64,000 bases of DNA. It comes from an uncultured Verrucomicrobiae bacterium (lineage in GTDB: Bacteria > Verrucomicrobiota > Verrucomicrobiia > Chthoniobacterales > UBA10450). The notes beneath the pieces are model-generated. The model had not been told where the DNA came from. It searched no databases and was given only the letters and a program-made list of their open reading frames with translations. Of this stretch, positions 59,571-64,000 are shown piece by piece. A program made the position numbers and the translations under genes. The stretch is taken from positions 64,001-128,000 of the forward strand of contig CAWIBO010000003.1 of assembly GCA_963834385.1 (NCBI GenBank), in the 5' to 3' direction. Position 1 is the stretch's first letter, and every line of letters starts with the position of its first letter.

Positions 59571-62500
59571 ATGACCAGCGCGCAGATCCGGCAAAGCTTC
59601 CTCGATTTCTTTCGCGAGAAGCAGCACACCATTGTGCCCTCCTCCTCGCTCCTCCCGGATTCGCCCAACCTTCTTTTCACCAACGCCGGGATGAACCAGT
59701 TCGTCCCGATCTTTTTGGGGCAGCAATCCGCGCCCTGGTCGCCGCCGCGCACGGCCGATACGCAGAAGTGCATCCGGGCCGGCGGCAAACACAACGATCT
59801 CGATGATGTCGGGCTCGATACGTATCACCACACGTTCTTCGAGATGCTGGGGAACTGGAGCTTTGGCGATTACTTCAAGAAGGAGGCCATCGAATGGGCC
59901 TGGGAACTGGTGGTGGAGAATTGGAAACTGCCGCCGGCGCGCCTTTACGCGACGGTTTACCGGCCGGGCCCGGGCGATCCCGCGGAGTTCGATCAGGAGG
60001 CGCACGATCACTGGGCGCGTTTGTTTAAGAAGGCGGGGCTCGATCCCGCGGTGCAGATCGTGGACGGCAACAAGAAGGACAACTTTTGGATGATGGGCGA
60101 GACCGGCCCGTGCGGACCGTGCAGCGAGCTGCACATCGACCTGACGCCGGACGGCGACACGAAAGGTGCGCTCGTGAACATGGGCGACGCCCGCTGCATC
60201 GAGATCTGGAACCTCGTCTTCATCCAGTTCAACGCCAACGCCGATGGCACATTCGTTCCGCTGCCCGCACGCCACGTCGATACCGGGATGGGTTTCGAAC
60301 GCGTCACCGCCATGATCCAGGGGACGAAAAATTTCACCGATTTCAGCGGCATCATCTCAAATTACGAGACCGATGTCTTCCGCCCGATCTTCGACGAGAT
60401 CGAAAAGCAGAGCGGCAAACGGTATAGGAGCACATTGCCCGTCCCGGGTAGGGTGGGCGTCCCGCCCGCCGGTTCAGGCGTCCCGCCTGAACGAACTTTC
60501 GCACCTGAACAAAGGACCGCGCCCCAGGCGCAAAAGACCGGGCTGCAAGATGCAGCCCTCGGCGGGCAGGATGCCCACCCTACCCGGGACAATGCCCGCG
60601 CCACGTCAGATCAGCTCGCCACCGACATCGCGTTTCGGGTTATCGCCGATCATATCCGCACCCTCAGCTTTGCCATCGCCGACGGCATCCAGCCCGGGAA
60701 CGAAGGCCGCGGCTATGTCCTGCGCCGCATCCTGCAGGCGCGCCGTCCGCTACGGCCGCACCCTCGGCTTCCACGAGCCCTTTTTCTCCAAATTGGTCGG
60801 CGTGCTCGTCCGCAGCCTGGGCGATGTCTTCCCCGAGCTGCGCGAGAAGCAGGTCACAATCGAGGAAACATTGAAACGCGAGGAAGAGTCGTTCAACAGA
60901 ACCCTCGACCGCGGCATCGAACTCTTCGAGCGCGAAGCCGCGCGCCTCTCGGGTAGGGTGGGCGTCCCGCCCGCCGGTTCAGGCGTCTCGCCTGAACAAA
61001 CTTCCGAACCCACCAAAGGCGCCACCTACACCCGTCGCCGTCGTCTCCCTCATTTCGAGCAACCATGGGCCCTCTACGCCTTGACCATTTCGACCGCCAA
61101 CCGCCGCAAACTGCCGCCGGAGTCGCGCACCATCGTCCTGGACGCCCTGCGCCATTTCGACGAATCGCGCTATACGCTTATCGCCGCCTGCGTCATGCCC
61201 GACCACATCCACGCTCTTCTCCAGCCGTGGCCAAAAGAACAGAACGAGCAGGGCGAAACGGTTTTCTGGTCGCTCAGCGAGCTGATGCACTCGCTCAAAT
61301 CATTCACGGCCAAGGAGATCAATAAGGCCGAAGGCACAACAGGCCCGGTCTGGGAGCAGGAACGGTTTGATCGCTATGTGCGTGGCGACCGGGACCTGGA
61401 GGAGAAGTTTCAGTATATCGTGACCAATCCTGAGCGGGAGGGGCTCGGGACGGACTATCCCTGGGTTTGGACTCGGGAAGATCGTTCAGGCAGGATGCCT
61501 GAACCGGCGGGCGGGACGCCCACCCTACCCGGGAGTGGAGAATCCGCCGCTCATGTCATCTCCGGTGAGTTCGCTTTCCGGCTTTACGACGAACAGGGAT
61601 TTCCGCTCGATCTCACGGAGTTGATGGCGCGCGAACGCGGTCTCACCGTTGACACCGCCGGTTTCGAGAAGCTGATGGAGGAACAGCGAACGCGGGCGCG
61701 CGCGGCGCAAAAGAAGACAACGATCGAGTTGGCGGAAGGCAGCGAAGCGGACGCACGCACCAACTTTCTCGGTTACGAGCACGACCATACCGGCGCCGAC
61801 GTGGAAGCCGTGACCCCGGCCAAGGGAAAGACTGCCGTTATTCTGAACAACACCGTTTGCTACGCGGAGATGGGCGGACAGGTCGGCGACACCGGGGAGC
61901 TGGCCGCGGGCGAGAAACGCTGGCGCATCCTCGATACCCGCAAGGCCGGCCACGCCTGGGTCCATCTCGTGGACAACGCCGACGCCCTCGCCCCGGGCGC
62001 GCACGTCACCGTGCGCTACGACGCCACCCGGCGGCGCGCCATTGAACGGCATCACACCGTGACCCATCTGCTGCACTGGGCGCTGCATGAGATCGTCTCG
62101 CGCGAAGCCGTGCAAAAGGGCAGCTATGTGGGCCCGGAAAAGCTCACCTTTGATTTCTCGAGCGCGCCCCTGAGCAAAGACCAGGTGGCCGCGGTGGAAA
62201 AAAGGGTCAACGAACGGATCGCGGAAAACGCCCCGGTTTCGTGGACGGAGATTCCCTACGCCGAGGCCAGGAAGCGCGAGCGATATCCAGCAATTTTTCG
62301 GCGACAAATACGGCGAAAAAGTCCGGGTGGTGCAGATCGGCGGCAAGGCGGGAGAATTGAACGGCTACTCGATGGAACTCTGCGGCGGCACCCATGTGCG
62401 CGCCACGGGCGAGCTGGGCTGGTTCAAGATCACTGGTGAAGCCGCCATCGCCGCCGGTATCCGGCGCATCGAGGCTGTCGCGGGCACGGCCGTGGCCGAC

Positions 62501-63070
62501 TGGGCCCGGACGGAAAGTGCCCGTCAGGACGAGCGTTTCTCCGGTTTGCTGCGCAAGAAAAATGAGCTGCCGCCGTTGCCGGAGATCCGGCAATGGGATC
62601 AACCGGCGACGTTACTGGAAGAGATCGAGGCCCGGGCGACGCATTTGCGCCGACTCGAAGGCGAGGTGCACGACTGGGAAAAACAGCAGGCCAAGGCGGC
62701 CGAATCCGCGTTGCAACAGCGCGCCGCTGCGGTCGCGGAGGAGCTGGCCGGGAGCCTGGCCGGGGCGACGTCGTGCGTGGCCCATGTGCCGGAGGCTGAA
62801 GGCAACCTGCTCCAGGCCGTGGCTGACCTTCTCAAGACCCGGGTGCCGGGCCCGGTGGTCCTGGCCGGCTCGCACGACGGCCGGGTGCACCTGGTGGCGA
62901 ACGTGCCGAAGGGCGTGACCCCCGGGGCCAATCAGATCATTCAGGAGATGGCGCCGTTGGTGGGGGGCAAAGGGGGCGGCCGCCCGGAAAACGCCCGGGG
63001 CTCAGGGAAAGACGTTAGCCGGATCGACGAGGCCCTGGCAAAGGCGCGGCTGCTGCTCGGGCTCGCCTAA
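59571..63070 (+). CDS. alaS: Alanine--tRNA ligase with two in-frame REP-bound insertions (frameshifts near 60735 and 62280, likely errors)
   Basis: [77 protein letters not shown] motifs. Confidence 0.95.
60441..60590. mobile_element. 150-bp non-autonomous REPIN-like element (family B), in frame in alaS
   Basis: 31-bp terminal inverted repeats with 2 mismatches; inner hairpins TTCAGGCG-TCC-CGCCTGAA and GGGCTGCA-AGA-TGCAGCCC. Confidence 0.88.
60951..61530 (+). mobile_element. REP-flanked RAYT (HUH Y1 transposase) cassette, family B, fused in frame within alaS
   Basis: 47-bp inverted arms (60951-60997, 61484-61530); [38 protein letters not shown]; no internal stop. Confidence 0.92.
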
Positions 63071-64000
63071 TCGGGCAACGCGAGGGTGACAAGGAAGGTG
63101 GCGAGCAAGGCGGCCAGCAGGACAAAAAGATAGACGATGCCGCCGAGGAGGAATTTCACCGTGGTGAGCAGCCAGCCCTGGCGGTAGACGGTGCGGATGG
63201 AGCGGAAAATCTGGGCGACAAAAGCGAGCCAAAGGAAAAAGACGATCCATTCGCCCAGGCCCGCGAAACCGGCCCGGTTGAACCCGAGCTGGAGCAGAAT
63301 GATCGCGACTGTGCCGAGATAGGCGAAGGCGTGGACGATGAGGGCGTAAATGAGGTGATCGACATAATAGATCTTCCGAAAGAGATAGAGTCCCTTCAGG
63401 ACGAGAGCGAAGAGCGGGATGCAGGCGAGCATCATGTAAGGGAGGTTGTTCAACACGGACATCAGAAAGAGCTGCAATTGTCCTCCCTGAGGGCCCAACC
63501 TTTCGCGGCCGCGTTTTTCCAGCCATTTTTCGAAATCGGTCCGGGGCGGCCGCTCGCTCGAGCCGAAGTGAAGAGTGGGTTCGCCGCTTTCACGGGCCAG
63601 CGCCGTGCGAAGCTGGCGGCGGCTTTCCGGCGAGAGCTTTTCCATGGCCGTCTCGATTCGGGCTTTGACCTCAGGCGAGATGGTTTTGTCGGTGACAATC
63701 GGCGCCGGTGAATCTGCGGCTGGGGAGGGTGATGCCGCCGCCGGGGTCCCGGCGGTGACCGGCGGCCGGGCTTGCCCGCTCCAGTTTCAGCAGGTTCTTG
63801 AGCCTTTCCCGGTCGGATTCGGTCAGTTCGGAGCGGTCGAGCTCGGCGGCGATCTCCGCCCGCATTTGGTCTGTCAGGCCGACCCCCTGAATGTTGGCCG
63901 ATTTCGCCCAGTAGGTGACGGCGAAGAAAAAGAGAATGCTTGCGACCAGGTAGAGGCGGAGGGGATGGAAATAGCGCTGGCGCATGCCGGCAATGAAATT
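63067..64000 (-). CDS. DUF3667-like membrane protein, 5' end outside window, frameshift near 63700
   Basis: [39 protein letters not shown] motifs. Confidence 0.75.

Noticed and set aside
59568..60956. N-terminal alaS ORF ending at the TAG of the REP as a deliberate truncation
   Set aside because: It only arises from the extra C near 60735 that breaks the conserved RRILRRAVRYG motif; after correction the REP is read through.
60951..61530. Intein or group I/II intron in alaS
   Set aside because: No Cys/Ser...His-Asn intein ends, homing endonuclease or reverse transcriptase motifs; the insert is HUH/Y1 with REP arms.

Overview
High-GC bacterial chromosomal window. Gene content and protein style suggest Verrucomicrobia, possibly Chthoniobacterales (inference). 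It is mostly housekeeping: alr-tsaB-tsaE-thiL, tRNA-Arg(UCU), prpBCD, short-chain fatty acid catabolism, tgt, hflX, a split IcmF, secretin/ATPase, mreBCD-mrdA, rne, thiHS, dnaG-rpoD, ribD, two hsp20, recA and alaS. About a dozen genes carry single-base frameshifts that look like long-read errors. The striking feature is a dense set of small palindrome/repeat-bound elements. alaS carries an entire HUH/Y1 REP-associated tyrosine transposase (RAYT) domain, bracketed by 47-bp inverted GTAG-REP arms, fused in frame inside the protein. It also carries a second 150-bp transposase-less element of the same family, in frame in another loop. Elsewhere there is a free-standing RAYT with its own REP doublets, a third REP family, a four-helix-bundle gene bracketed by inverted heptamer arrays, and orphan 7/8/9-mer repeat arrays, one of them translated inside a protein linker.
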